This document shows positions 28,738 through 39,554 of a stretch of 64,000 bases of DNA, one piece after another. The stretch covers positions 1 through 64,000 of the forward strand of contig JAQBVF010000006.1 of assembly GCA_027623675.1 (NCBI GenBank), read 5' to 3'. Below the pieces are notes generated by a model. It did not search any database and was not told where the DNA came from. It worked only from the letters and a program-made list of their open reading frames with translations. Position 1 is the stretch's first letter, and every line of letters starts with the position of its first letter. The stretch comes from Chloroflexota bacterium. Lineage in GTDB: Bacteria > Chloroflexota > Dehalococcoidia > Lucifugimonadales > UBA3495. The translations under genes and the position numbers were made by a program.

Positions 28738-28976
28738 CGTTCCACTCCCTTTAGCCTGGGTGGGGCCGAAACTGCTGCTGCCGCGTCTGTAGCTGCCCGG
28801 CTTCCGCCAATCATAATGGCACCCACTCATAGCGTCAATCGTTTTCTGGAGCGCTGAACGCCTGTCAGACCGTCGAGGAATTCTCCAGCAACACCTTGTC
28901 TGTTTGGTATACTTCCGCTTGATATATCGATTGGTATGTCGATCGGTGTATCAGTTGGAAAAGCAGATGGGAGATT

Positions 28977-29654
28977 TTGGCCAAACCCTTGTATCACCTC
29001 TTCCTTTTGGTCAATCACGGTGGCGCCCCCGGGGCGCTGGCCGATCTGGTCGACAGAGCCGGCATGTCCTGCCAGGTGGGTGTCGACCTGGAGCTGCTCG
29101 ACGAAGTCGGCGCCGAAACGCCGGATGCAGTCCTCGTGGATATGTCCTCAATGGAAGACCCGGACGCCCGGCGATTCGTTGAAGAATGCCACGACCGCAA
29201 GCTCCCGGTCCTCACCGCCGTGGACCGCAACGCGGTTGCCGGCTATGACCCCTCTCTGAACGCCGACGAGATGTTGGTTTGCCCAGTCTCCGAGGCCGAG
29301 TTGACCACCCGAGTGAAGCAGGCAATGTTCCGGGTGAGCGGGCCTGCGGGTCCCAGAACTCTGAAGGTGGGGGATCTGACCATCGACTTGGAGCGTTACG
29401 AGGTCACACTCCTTGGCCGCCGCGTGGCGCTGACCTACAAGGAGTTCCAGCTTCTAGTGCTGCTGGCGTCCAACCCCGGCCGCGTCTACACCCGTGAGGC
29501 CCTGCTCAGCCAGATCTGGGGGTATGACTATCTGGGCGGCACCCGAACGGTGGACGTTCACATACGCCGCCTGCGCTCCAAGGTTGAGTCCCCTGGCCGC
29601 TCCTTCGTGGAAACCATCTGGAACGTGGGCTACCGCTTCAAAGAACCGTCGTAG
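28977..29654 (+). CDS. OmpR-family response regulator, atypical receiver (GlnR-like)
   Basis: C-terminal LTYKEFQLL..WGYDYLGGTRTVDVHIRRLRSK winged helix. Confidence 0.88.
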   Translation: MAKPLYHLFLLVNHGGAPGALADLVDRAGMSCQVGVDLELLDEVGAETPDAVLVDMSSMEDPDARRFVEECHDRKLPVLTAVDRNAVAGYDPSLNADEMLVCPVSEAELTTRVKQAMFRVSGPAGPRTLKVGDLTIDLERYEVTLLGRRVALTYKEFQLLVLLASNPGRVYTREALLSQIWGYDYLGGTRTVDVHIRRLRSKVESPGRSFVETIWNVGYRFKEPS

Positions 29655-29718
29655 CCGCGCCTGGTTCATCCAACCCGTAACATCAGTCACCGCTAGCCCG
29701 GCGACTTCCGTCCGTCTC

Positions 29719-30003
29719 GGTCTCACCATGAGCGGATCTTGGATGACGAGAATCGGGTGGTCATACCGCTCGTCCTGAGTCCCGTCGAAGGGCGTGCATC
29801 AGTCAAGTTGCTGCCCATAAGTGCCTTGGCTTAGTGCAAGCAGTGGTTCGGCGGTCTCACCATGAGCGGATCGTTGGGTGACGAGAATCGGGTGGTTATA
29901 CCGCTCGTCCCGAGCCCCGTCGAAGGGCGCGCATCAGTCAAGTTGCTGCCCATAAGTGCCTTGGCTCAGTCGAGCGTTGGTTCGACGGTCTCACCATGAG
30001 CGG
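29719..30003. repeat. BIME-like tandem array, ~2.1 copies of a 134-bp unit
   Basis: GGTCTCACCATGAGCGG occurs at 29719, 29853 and 29987, alternating with CCGCTCGTCCTGAG..GTCGAAGGGCG. The linkers are nearly identical. Confidence 0.85.
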
Positions 30004-30085
30004 CAAACGGCCATCGTTGTTCCCTATATTTCACTGACGTTGGCCTGAGTGACCTGGTTTACCATCTAGCAAAGCCACGGACTAG

Positions 30086-30130
30086 AAAAAGAAAACGCCC
30101 CCAGCGTTTTATGCTGAGGGCGTTCTTTCT
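30086..30130 (-). terminator. Intrinsic terminator
   Basis: AACGCCC.CAGC/GCTG.GGGCGTT stem with a minus-strand U-run. Confidence 0.7.
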
Positions 30131-30185
30131 GCCAATGGGGCAAGCTAGGGACGACTGACGTCCATGTTTGTTGGCGTTTGTCCGC

Positions 30186-30500
30186 CTAGTAGCGGCCGCC
30201 GGCACCCTGACGACTGAAGCAATCGCTGCAGTAGACGGGTCGGTCGCCGCGGGGCAGGAACGGCACGGTGGCCTGATTGCCGCATTCGGCGCAAACCACG
30301 GTGTGCATCTCGCGGGGGCCACGGTCGGAACCGTAACCGCCCTCGTTTGACCGATTGGCGCGCTTGGCCTCACGGCAGGATGTGCACCGCTTGGGTTCGT
30401 TCGTGTATCCCTTTTCGGCATGGTACGACTGATCGTCCGCCGAGAATGTGAACGATTGTCCACAGTCCACGCAAGATAGGGTTTTGTCCTGGTAACTCAT
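30186..30500 (-). CDS. Zinc-ribbon + CxxC-x17-CxxC domain protein
   Basis: DKTLSCVDCG..FSADDQ..PKRCTSCR and CAECG..VPF.P...PVYCSDCF. Confidence 0.92.
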   Translation of the reverse strand: MSYQDKTLSCVDCGQSFTFSADDQSYHAEKGYTNEPKRCTSCREAKRANRSNEGGYGSDRGPREMHTVVCAECGNQATVPFLPRGDRPVYCSDCFSRQGAGGRY

Positions 30501-30881
30501 AACTGACTTCCCTGTATGAATAGAGTTGGCAAGAGACTGCTCACAGAGACGTTAAGAAGCGGAATGCTTGGATGAGACCCGGAAGGGCGTTTAAGCCCGT
30601 CGAAACCCGTAGACCGATCTAGTTTGCCTGCAGGGAGACTATAGAATGCTGCCACTGTCACCAAGCATAACATATATCGGGAACTCCTGCTCGGGAATCT
30701 CGTCACCGGTCCGCCAAACATATCTTGAGATGACCCCGAAACGGAATCCGGGTTACCCAGTTGATACCAAAAAGCGTCCGGTGAGGCTGCCGGAAAGCAC
30801 AATGCCGCCGTAGCTGATATCTGAACCCCCACGACCGGGTCGTCTATTCTTTGATTCAACCCGCAGACAACCCCTTCTCAA

Positions 30882-33023
30882 CTACCCCTTCATGGACAGC
30901 GAGATACGCTTGCGCTCCAGATCAACCTCTAGTACCGTCACCCAAACCTGCTGCTGGACCTTGACCTCGTCGGCTGGGTTGGCAACGTACTTGTCGGCCA
31001 GATGACTGATGTGGACCAGTCCGTCCTGGTGCACGCCAATATCGACAAAAGCGCCGAAGGCGGTGACGTTGGTTATAACACCGGGCAATCTCATGCCGAC
31101 GGTTAGGTCCCCGATCTTGTTGACGCCCTCGGCGAAACTGAAGGGTACGAATTCCCGGCGGGGGTCCCGCCCGGGGCGGGCCAACTCCTCGATGATGTCG
31201 TTGATCGTGGGCAGGCCAACCTTGTCGGTTACGTAACGTTGGGGGTCGATCTGGGCGGCGATGCTGGCGTTGCCCACCACCTGGTCCAGCGGCTGTCCCA
31301 GGTCTTTGGCGATGGCTTGCACAACTTTGTAGGACTCTGGATGTACCGCGCTGGCGTCCAGTGGGTTGGCGCCCTCTCTGATTCGCAGGAATCCCGCGGC
31401 CTGCTCGAAAACTTTGGGGCCGAGCCGTGGCACTTTCTTAAGTGACTCCCGCGACGGGAATGGGCCGTTCTCGTTCCGGTACTCCACGATGGCGCTGGCT
31501 AACCGGGGGCCAAGTCCCGAGACATAGGAGAGCAGTGCCCCGCTGGCGGTGTTCAGCTCCACACCCACGTTGTTCACGCAGCTACCCACCACGTCGTCCA
31601 GCCGTTCTTTGAGGGCTTTCTGGTCAACGTCGTGCTGGTACTGGCCGACGCCGATCGACTTGGGGTCTATCTTCACCAACTCGGCCAAGGGGTCCATGAA
31701 CCGCCGGCCGATAGACACCGCGCCTCTCACTGTTAGGTCATGGTCTGGGAACTCGTTTCTCGCAACTTCCGATGCTGAATAGATGGAGGCCCCGCTCTCG
31801 TTGACCATCACCACGGTTATCTTTGGGTCCAATTCCAGGGTTCTCAGAAAGGCTTCGGTCCCGCGGCCGGCGGTGCCGTTACCCACGGCTATGGCCTCCA
31901 CATCATAGAGGCGGCAAAGGTCGGCGATCTTGTTGCCGGCTTCCTGCATGGCCCGGTCGCCCGTTGTGGGATAGATTACGTCGTTGTGCAGCAATTGTCC
32001 CTGCCGGTCCAGGCAGACCAATTTGCAGCCGGAACGGAACCCGGGGTCCAGGGCCAGGACGTTTTTCTGCCCCAGGGCGGGGGCCAGCAGCAGCTCCCGA
32101 AGGTTATCGGCGAACACTTTTATGGCGGCGTTCTCGGCTCGAACCCGGGCCTCCTTGCGGACCTCCGTTTCCATGGTGGCTTCCAACAGCGGCTTGTAGC
32201 GGTCCTGCACCGCCCGACGGACTTCCTGCGAGGCCTCGGTGGTTCCGGTGACGAATATCTGCTCCAGGATGGCCACTGCCGCTACGGTGGGCGGTGCGAT
32301 ATGGATGGAGAGCATGGATTCTTTCTCGCCCCGGAGCATGGCGAGGACTCGGTGCGAGGGGACCTTGGCGACCGGTTCCTCCCATTCAAAATAGTCCCGG
32401 AATTTTGCTGCTTCCGACTGTTTGCCGGAGACTACCTTGGACGAAAACGTACCCTGCGCCCAGAATAGCTTGCGGATCTCCCGGCGGGCCGTTGTGTCTT
32501 CACTGACCCACTCCGCGATGATGTCGCGTGCTCCGCTCAGGGCATCTTGGGTGGTAGCCACCCCGTTGATCGTTCCGGTATTCGAGTCCAGGTACTCGGC
32601 AGCAGCCAGCTTGACGTCGAACTCACCCTGGCCCCAGATCAGCAACGCCAACGGTTCCAGGCCTTTTTCCTTGGCGATGGTTGCTCTGGTGCGCCGCTTG
32701 GGGCGGTAGGGCAGATAGATATCCTCCAGAGTAGTTAGGGTTTCGGCGGTCATGATCGCCAGTCTGAGTTCCTCGGTCAACATGCCCCGTTTTTCCAGAG
32801 AATCCAGGATGACCTTCCGCCGGTCGCGCAGTTCCCGAATCTGCGATAGACGGTCACGGATATTGGTGATTGCCACTTCGTCCAAGCTGGCGGTGTTCTC
32901 CTTCCGGTACCGGGCGATGAATGGCACAGTGGCGCCGTCGTCCAGCAGGTTGACGGTGGCCGCCACCTGCCCTTGGGCGAGCCTGAGTTCCTGGGCGATC
33001 TGAGGAATAGCGAGGTCAATCAT
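30882..33023 (-). CDS. tex: Tex RNA-binding transcriptional accessory protein
   Basis: GATVPFIARYRKE, LDPGFRSGCK, IGVGQYQHD, C-terminal S1 domain. Confidence 0.96.
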   Translation of the reverse strand: MIDLAIPQIAQELRLAQGQVAATVNLLDDGATVPFIARYRKENTASLDEVAITNIRDRLSQIRELRDRRKVILDSLEKRGMLTEELRLAIMTAETLTTLEDIYLPYRPKRRTRATIAKEKGLEPLALLIWGQGEFDVKLAAAEYLDSNTGTINGVATTQDALSGARDIIAEWVSEDTTARREIRKLFWAQGTFSSKVVSGKQSEAAKFRDYFEWEEPVAKVPSHRVLAMLRGEKESMLSIHIAPPTVAAVAILEQIFVTGTTEASQEVRRAVQDRYKPLLEATMETEVRKEARVRAENAAIKVFADNLRELLLAPALGQKNVLALDPGFRSGCKLVCLDRQGQLLHNDVIYPTTGDRAMQEAGNKIADLCRLYDVEAIAVGNGTAGRGTEAFLRTLELDPKITVVMVNESGASIYSASEVARNEFPDHDLTVRGAVSIGRRFMDPLAELVKIDPKSIGVGQYQHDVDQKALKERLDDVVGSCVNNVGVELNTASGALLSYVSGLGPRLASAIVEYRNENGPFPSRESLKKVPRLGPKVFEQAAGFLRIREGANPLDASAVHPESYKVVQAIAKDLGQPLDQVVGNASIAAQIDPQRYVTDKVGLPTINDIIEELARPGRDPRREFVPFSFAEGVNKIGDLTVGMRLPGVITNVTAFGAFVDIGVHQDGLVHISHLADKYVANPADEVKVQQQVWVTVLEVDLERKRISLSMKG

Positions 33024-33113
33024 GTTTGTTTGAAATATCCGAGGTGAAGATAAACGATAAAAATAAAGGGTAGAAATGAAAACTGGGGCTTCCGAGAGAG
33101 TCCGTAAGAACGG

Positions 33114-33806
33114 CTAGATACGCTCGGCTATCCAGACGATGTGATGGCCGCCCTTCTTGCCTCGTCCGCGCACCGCGACTTCATCGACGTCGAACCCGGC
33201 CTGGCCCAGCCTCTTGGCGAAACCAGCATCCCGGTCCGACGACCAGATGCCCAGTATGCCGTTCGGCTTGAGGGCGGCGTGGGCGGTCTTAAGTCCGGCT
33301 ATGCTGTAGAGCCAGTCATTGTCCATGGACGTCAGTGCATTCGGCCCGTTGTCAACGTCTAGGAGGATGGCGCTGAAGCTGCCCCGGCCCCGATTGATCA
33401 ACTGGGCAACGTCGACCTCCCGCACCGTGACCCGCTTGTCGTCCAGAGGGTTGCCGGCCAGGTGGGCCAGCACGCCTTGGTTCCACCGCACCACGTCCGG
33501 CACCAGTTCCGCCACGAGAACTTCGGCGGCTTCGCCAAGTTCGTCCAGGGCTGACTTTAGGGTGTAGCCCATGCCCAGGCCGCCGATCAACACGCGCGCA
33601 TCGGACGGATCCTTTAGCTTCTTGCAAGATAGCGTCGCCAAGGCCTGCTCTGAGCCGAAGATACGGCTATTCATCAACTCAAGGTTGTCCACTTGAATGG
33701 CGAACTCCTGGTCTCTCTGGTAAAGGCAGAGTTCGCCTCCATGTCCGGGCGTTTGGGCCTTTCCGATCAATATCCATGGTTTCAAGGTCGACTCACTTTC
33801 CAGCAC
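33114..33806 (-). CDS. Spermidine synthase-like SAM methyltransferase
   Basis: ELMNSR..SEQALA, VLIGGLGMGYT, ILLDVDNGP. Confidence 0.85.
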   Translation of the reverse strand: MLESESTLKPWILIGKAQTPGHGGELCLYQRDQEFAIQVDNLELMNSRIFGSEQALATLSCKKLKDPSDARVLIGGLGMGYTLKSALDELGEAAEVLVAELVPDVVRWNQGVLAHLAGNPLDDKRVTVREVDVAQLINRGRGSFSAILLDVDNGPNALTSMDNDWLYSIAGLKTAHAALKPNGILGIWSSDRDAGFAKRLGQAGFDVDEVAVRGRGKKGGHHIVWIAERI

Positions 33807-34022
33807 CCGCCGCGGGGTAAGGACTTGCGATCAATTAAGGGCTTTCAGTCTATTATATGTTGTTATCTTACGGTCTCCGGAAAACCTGCTGTGCGTGATT
33901 CGATGGCCAAAGTGGGCGGAAACGAACAAGGGCGTTGTGACGCACAGGGGACGCCCGTTCTCATTTCGGTTTTCGGTTGCAGACGATCTATTCGCCTTCC
34001 GGATGCACGGTCCCGGCGCCGG

Positions 34023-36620
34023 TCAGGCCGCCGTGCTGGCTTCGTCCATGAAGCGGGCGACCTGGGCGGCGATGGCGGCGTGTTCCGGCGCTCCCAACTC
34101 CGGGTCCTCTTCGATCAGCCGCGACGCTTCGGTCCGGGCTAGTTCCAACAATTCCCGGTCCGAGATGTGTGCCATTCGCAGATTCGGAAGGCCGCTTTGC
34201 CGCGTGCCGAAGAAATCGCCGGGCCCTCGCAGTTCCAGGTCGACCTCGGCCAGTTGGAACCCGTTGTGGATGCGTTCCAGGGCCGAGAGGCGCTCGCGGG
34301 CGTTCTCAGACGTGGAGTCCGATAGCAGCATGCAGTAGCTCTTGTGCTCGCCCCGGCCAACGCGGCCCCGGAACTGGTGTAGCTGGGCCAGGCCAAAGCG
34401 GTCCGCCCCGTCAATGAGCATGACCGTGGCGTTGGCGACGTCGATGCCGACTTCCACCACCGGAGTGGTCACCAAGATGTCCGATTCGCCGTCGCGGAAT
34501 TGGCGCATGATCTTGTCTTTGTCTTTGGGGGGCATTCGGCCATGGAGCAGACCCAGCGACAGGTCGGGAAAGACCTGTTCCGAGAGGCGCTGGTATTCCT
34601 CCGTCGCCGCCTTGGCCTCGATGGTCTCGGACTCGTCGACCAGCGGGCAGACCACGAACGCCTGTCTTCCCCCCTCAACCTGCTTGCGGATGAAGCCGTA
34701 GGCCGTGGGCCTTTGCTCCGGGTCAAGCCACTTGGTTTGTACCTCCTGGCGCCCGGCGGGCATCTCGTCAATGGTGGATATGTCCAGGTCGCCGAACACG
34801 GTGAGGGACAACGTCCTGGGTATGGGAGTGGCTGACATGATCAGGGTGTGGGGGTTCTCCTGGCCCCGTTCCTGGAGTGCCGAGCGTTGGTTCACACCGA
34901 ACCGGTGCTGTTCGTCGGCCACCGCCAGAGCCAGCTTGGGCATGGAGACACCGTCTTGGATCAGGGCCTGGGTGCCCACCAGGATATCAAGGGTTCCGTC
35001 GGCGGCCATCTTGGTCAATTCACGCCGCACCGGCGCCCGGGAACTTCCGGTCAGCAAGCCGATGGATACCGGCCGGTCCATATGTTCCAAGTAGACCGAG
35101 ATCAGGTGCGGCTCTTGCACCGGCCGCGCCATGCCGCTTAGCAGGTTTCCGAAGCTCTGAAAATGCTGCTCGGCCAGGACCTCGGTGGGGACCATCATGG
35201 CGGCTTGGCGTCCGGCAGTCGCCACCGACAGCAAGGCCGATAGGGCGACGACCGTCTTACCGCTGCCCACCTCGCCCTGCAGCAGCCGGCTCATGGGCGG
35301 CGTGCCCCGGACCAGGTCCGCTTCGATCTCCTGGATGCAGCGGCGCTGGGCCTTGGTGAGGGGGAAGGGCAGGGCGTTGTAGAACCCGTCAATGACCCTC
35401 GCCGGAGGGTGAATCTCAACGCCTGCGACGTTGTCGCGCTGCTTCCTGCGTCGGGACAACACGGCCAGTTGGAGCGTGAACAGTTCGTCGAATGCCAGCC
35501 GCCGGCGGGCGCGTTCCCAGGTCTCCATGTCTTTTGGATAATGGCCCTGGGACACTGCTTCCAGCAGGGGCATCAACCGCGTCCGCTCGAGTATGTCGTC
35601 GGGGAGAAGCTCCTCTAGTCCGCCCAGCCAGTTCTGGACCGCCTGCCAGGTAAGACGGCGCATGTTGCGGCGGGTCAGGCCCTCGGTTAGGGGGTAGATG
35701 GGCACCAACCGTCCGGTGTGGACCCCCGATCCTGCCGCGTCCAGCATCTCATACTCGGGGTTCTCGAAGACCAGTTGGCCACGGAAGACCGTCGCCTTGC
35801 CACTGATGGCGATGCGGCTGCCTGGCTTGAGCGTCCGCGCCAGATACCGTTGGCCGAACCAGATGGCGCGAAGGTTGCCACTGTCGTCGCTCAGTATTGC
35901 TTCGGTGTCGCGCCGGCCGCCTTTGGGACCCTTGGCGACTTCCCTGGCTTCCCAGACCGTGGCCACCACCGTGCACTCCTCACCCACATTCAGGTCGGCG
36001 ATCCTGACCGCGGTGGAGAAGTCTTCATGCCGCCGGGGAAAGAGATAGAGCAGGTCGCGGATGGTTTCAACGTCCAACCGTTTGAACCGGGCGGTCATCT
36101 TGGTGTCCACCCCGCGCAAACGGTCCACGGGGGCGTCGACCGTGATATCGCCAGGCGGGGCCTTGTAGCTGGGGGGCTTGGCCGTTACCGGTTTCTTCGC
36201 ACCTGTCTTATTGGCCGCTGGCTTGGAAGGTGGCTCGGAAGGTGGCTCAGAAGGTGGCTCAGAAGGTGGACCGGAAGTCGCACCGGCAATATTACGCTTG
36301 GAGGCGGGCGCCTTCTTGGATGCAGCCCTTGGCGGCGGCCGCTTGATTGGGCTTTCGGGCGAGGGATCAAGGGCCTCGCGCCACTGGGCGACCCACCTAG
36401 CCCGTACCTTGGCGGACATGGAGTCGTAGGACTCCTTGAGCAGAAACGCTTCGTCGCCGGCGGCAACGGCCGGAGCGGCCATCTCCTCGCTCCAACGGGC
36501 GACGAACTTGTCCAAGCCGCCCATCACTGCCTTGCCGTCGAAGCCGTGGGCCTCTTCGATGGCCAGGATCTTTCGGAAAGCGTCGGCCCAGGCAGGAGCG
36601 TTTGACTTTGGCGATGCCAT
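34023..36620 (-). CDS. recG: ATP-dependent DNA helicase RecG with an N-terminal extension (PPSE repeats)
   Basis: QGEVGSGKT, DEQHRFG, MSATPIPRTL, QLHQFRGRVGRG. Confidence 0.97.
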   Translation of the reverse strand: MASPKSNAPAWADAFRKILAIEEAHGFDGKAVMGGLDKFVARWSEEMAAPAVAAGDEAFLLKESYDSMSAKVRARWVAQWREALDPSPESPIKRPPPRAASKKAPASKRNIAGATSGPPSEPPSEPPSEPPSKPAANKTGAKKPVTAKPPSYKAPPGDITVDAPVDRLRGVDTKMTARFKRLDVETIRDLLYLFPRRHEDFSTAVRIADLNVGEECTVVATVWEAREVAKGPKGGRRDTEAILSDDSGNLRAIWFGQRYLARTLKPGSRIAISGKATVFRGQLVFENPEYEMLDAAGSGVHTGRLVPIYPLTEGLTRRNMRRLTWQAVQNWLGGLEELLPDDILERTRLMPLLEAVSQGHYPKDMETWERARRRLAFDELFTLQLAVLSRRRKQRDNVAGVEIHPPARVIDGFYNALPFPLTKAQRRCIQEIEADLVRGTPPMSRLLQGEVGSGKTVVALSALLSVATAGRQAAMMVPTEVLAEQHFQSFGNLLSGMARPVQEPHLISVYLEHMDRPVSIGLLTGSSRAPVRRELTKMAADGTLDILVGTQALIQDGVSMPKLALAVADEQHRFGVNQRSALQERGQENPHTLIMSATPIPRTLSLTVFGDLDISTIDEMPAGRQEVQTKWLDPEQRPTAYGFIRKQVEGGRQAFVVCPLVDESETIEAKAATEEYQRLSEQVFPDLSLGLLHGRMPPKDKDKIMRQFRDGESDILVTTPVVEVGIDVANATVMLIDGADRFGLAQLHQFRGRVGRGEHKSYCMLLSDSTSENARERLSALERIHNGFQLAEVDLELRGPGDFFGTRQSGLPNLRMAHISDRELLELARTEASRLIEEDPELGAPEHAAIAAQVARFMDEASTAA

Positions 36621-36731
36621 CAGTCGGTTACCCTAGGGTCCATTCGAGGTGGAGTTGTTCTTTCAATCATTCTCGCTGGGTGTTGAATCGTCAATGATTG
36701 GATGACATAACTTGGGTGAACCCCGGTTAAC

Positions 36732-37574
36732 TCACCGGGTGACGGCCACGCCCAAAGCGTCTGGTCCGATGTAGGTGCCCAGAGTGGAGCCGAAGCGGGC
36801 CTCGATTATCTGGTCGGCGGGCAGGAGGTCCGTCAATTCCTGTTTCAGGGCCAACATTCGGGCTTGGTCGGTGCTGTAGATCACGGCCAATCGGCGCACC
36901 GGGGCCAGGTCGTGGGTCAACTCGACCAAGCGCCGCATGGCCCGGTCCCGGTTCCGGGGCCGCTCCACCGGGTGGGCCTCGCCGTCTTGCAGCTTCAGTA
37001 TGGGCTTCACGCTCAGGATCGAGCCCATGAAGGCCCGGGCCTTGCCGATGCGGCCCCCTTTTTGGAGGTACTCCAGCGTATCCAGCGCGAAATACCCGTG
37101 ATGGGACCCCCGTCCCTGTCTGATTGCCCCGGCTACTTGTATGTAGTCCCCACCCTCGGCAACCATCGCCGCAGCGTCAAGGACCATCAATCCCAACGGG
37201 ATGGAAGCTAATTGGGAGTCGATGATCTCGACGGGCGGGCCGTCCCCACCGTCCCGCAGCGACGCCTTGGCCTGCTCGGCGGAGTTCAAGGTGCCGCTCA
37301 GCTTGGCCGAAACGTGGATCGAGATCACCTGGTCGCCCTGCTCGGTCAGGTCCCGGTAAACCTGCTGAAAATCGGCCACGGTGGGTTGGGCGGTCGTCGG
37401 CGTCCGCCCGTCTGCTTGGAGGCGGCAATAGAAGTCATCGGGCTGAATCTCCAGGCCGTCCTTGAAAGTCTGATCGTCCACCACCACATAACAGGGCAAG
37501 ACCGTGATCTGATGCTTCTGGACCAGGTCCGCAGGCAGGTCAGCCGAGCTATCGGTAACTATTCGTATCGTCAT
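36732..37574 (-). CDS. DegV family fatty acid-binding protein (FakB-like)
   Basis: IVTDSSADL, SAKLSGT, YLQKGGRIG. Confidence 0.94.
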   Translation of the reverse strand: MTIRIVTDSSADLPADLVQKHQITVLPCYVVVDDQTFKDGLEIQPDDFYCRLQADGRTPTTAQPTVADFQQVYRDLTEQGDQVISIHVSAKLSGTLNSAEQAKASLRDGGDGPPVEIIDSQLASIPLGLMVLDAAAMVAEGGDYIQVAGAIRQGRGSHHGYFALDTLEYLQKGGRIGKARAFMGSILSVKPILKLQDGEAHPVERPRNRDRAMRRLVELTHDLAPVRRLAVIYSTDQARMLALKQELTDLLPADQIIEARFGSTLGTYIGPDALGVAVTR

Positions 37575-37683
37575 GCGCCTCTGGTGCGGTAGCGTTTTGA
37601 TTCGCGTTTAACCGGGTGGATCCTGGGTGATTTTCGGATGATTCCCCGGTAGTTCCCGAGTAATTTCCGCGTGGTTCTTGGAG

Positions 37684-39312
37684 TTACTCGACCGAGGCCA
37701 AGTATCGGGAATTGGGCTGTCCTCCGTCAATCAGGTCCACCTGGATCCCAGGGAACTCATTTGCCAATGCCTCGGCGGTTGACCGGGCACCGCCGGCGTC
37801 GCTCCCAGCGCCCAAGTATATGGTAACGATGGCATCGGAGCTAAGGCCGGCCCGGTCCAGGCAAGTCCGGAGCGCGGACTCCGGGTTATCCGACGCGGTG
37901 ATCAATTCATCTTCCAGGATCCCGATGAACTGCCCTTCAGCGACCGCCACGCCGCCGATGGTGACGCCCCGGACGGCCCTGGTGATTTCCACCGAGGCAA
38001 CGTCTGCCAGGGCGGCGGTCATGGCTTGGACGTTCCCTTGCCAGGAGCCTTCGGGGTTGAACGCCAGGAGCGCGGCCACGCCTTGGGGGATATTCTTGGT
38101 TGGGACCACGTGGATGAATCTATCGGCCGCCGCTGCCTGTTCCGCCGCCAAGACCACATTGGCATTATTTGGCAGCACGATCACGTCCGTGGCGCCGGCC
38201 CTCCGGGCGGCGTCTAATATCTGTTGGACGCTGGGATTCATGGTCGAGCCGCCCTCGATAACGGCGGCGCAGCCCGACTCGCGGAACATGTGGGCCAGCC
38301 CTTCTCCGGCCACCACCGGCAACAATGCCAGCGACGCCGGCTCCCGGTGACCGGCCGGTACGTGGCCTCCCGAGGCAAAGGTCTGGTTCTGCCGGTCCAT
38401 ATCTTCGATCTTGATCTCGGAAAGCATGCCAAGAGCCCCCGCGTAGGTCAGCGCTGGGCCGGTGTCTTCAACGTGGATATGGACGCGCACGTTCTCGCGG
38501 TCTCCCACCACGGCGGTGGAAAGTGCGGTCTTCATGAAATGGCCGCGGACCAGGTCCGGGTCCAGGTCCTGCCCGCTGATGATGAACTGGGTGCAGAAAC
38601 CCCATTCCTGCTGCAGCGTCGCTTCCAGGAATCCAGCCTGTATCGGACCGGCGCCTTTGCCGGCGGCTTGGAAACGGGACAGGTCCAGGTCGAGAGGCAC
38701 CCCGGAAAGGGACTGGAGAACGCCGCCTAGCAGCACAACCATACCCAGTCCGCCGGCGTCCACCACGCCAGCCTCCCTGAGCACCGGCAGTTGCTGGGGC
38801 GTGCGGTCCAACGCGTCCCGAGACGCCTGGAACGCGGTCTGCCACAGGCCAAGAATGTCTTTGCCGGAGCCTTGGACGGCCTCCGACGCCATCCGAATCA
38901 CGGTGAGCATGGTGCCCTCCACCGGGTCGCCCACCGACTTGTAGGCTGCATCCGACGCCAGCCCAAAGGCCAGAACCAGGTCCGCGGGGGCAAGCGCGTC
39001 CTTGCCCGCGAGGGCATCGGCGAAGCCCTTGAAGAACTGGGAGAGGATCACGCCGCTATTGCCCCGGGCCCCGAAGAAGGCGCCGTGGGCCAGGGCGGCG
39101 GAGACTGCGGAAATCGGATAGTCACGGCCGTCGGGGCATGACTCGGCCACCGATCGCACCGCCGCCCGCATCGTCAGGAGCATGTTGGTTCCGGTGTCGC
39201 CGTCGGGCACGGGAAACACGTTCAAGCTGTTGACCGTGTCGCGGTACTGTTCCAGGCACGCCGTGGCCGCTGCAAAGGCCTGTTTGAGGGCGTGACCCCG
39301 TGTCTGGTCCAT
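37684..39312 (-). CDS. DAK2 domain fatty acid kinase (FakA-like)
   Basis: LNVFPVPDGDTGTNM, GARGNSGVI, VVDAGG, MNPS. Confidence 0.94.
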   Translation of the reverse strand: MDQTRGHALKQAFAAATACLEQYRDTVNSLNVFPVPDGDTGTNMLLTMRAAVRSVAESCPDGRDYPISAVSAALAHGAFFGARGNSGVILSQFFKGFADALAGKDALAPADLVLAFGLASDAAYKSVGDPVEGTMLTVIRMASEAVQGSGKDILGLWQTAFQASRDALDRTPQQLPVLREAGVVDAGGLGMVVLLGGVLQSLSGVPLDLDLSRFQAAGKGAGPIQAGFLEATLQQEWGFCTQFIISGQDLDPDLVRGHFMKTALSTAVVGDRENVRVHIHVEDTGPALTYAGALGMLSEIKIEDMDRQNQTFASGGHVPAGHREPASLALLPVVAGEGLAHMFRESGCAAVIEGGSTMNPSVQQILDAARRAGATDVIVLPNNANVVLAAEQAAAADRFIHVVPTKNIPQGVAALLAFNPEGSWQGNVQAMTAALADVASVEITRAVRGVTIGGVAVAEGQFIGILEDELITASDNPESALRTCLDRAGLSSDAIVTIYLGAGSDAGGARSTAEALANEFPGIQVDLIDGGQPNSRYLASVE

Positions 39313-39554
39313 ACTTAACTCTTAACTCGTCATCGAACTTGTCATCCGAGTGGTTCTGGTGTCAGAGATGGAGATGTGCATCTGAAACTTTCGGGGCAAT
39401 TATGCCACGTTAGCCACGGTGAAATCGAGGAAATTGACTCCGATCGGGGTTGAATCTTGGGGCCAGCGGGGATGGAATCAGATAGGCGGGATTGGGCACG
39501 AAATTCCTTGACAGGTGATTTGGCCTCCCGTATTATTAGCGGTTGAGGGATTAT

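Noticed and set aside
29719..30003. Second CRISPR array
   Set aside because: The intervening sequences are duplicated rather than unique, and the motif recurs as dispersed REP-like units.
30501..30860. 120-aa ORF or structured leader upstream of the zinc-ribbon gene
   Set aside because: No protein features, and no RNA structure I could support.
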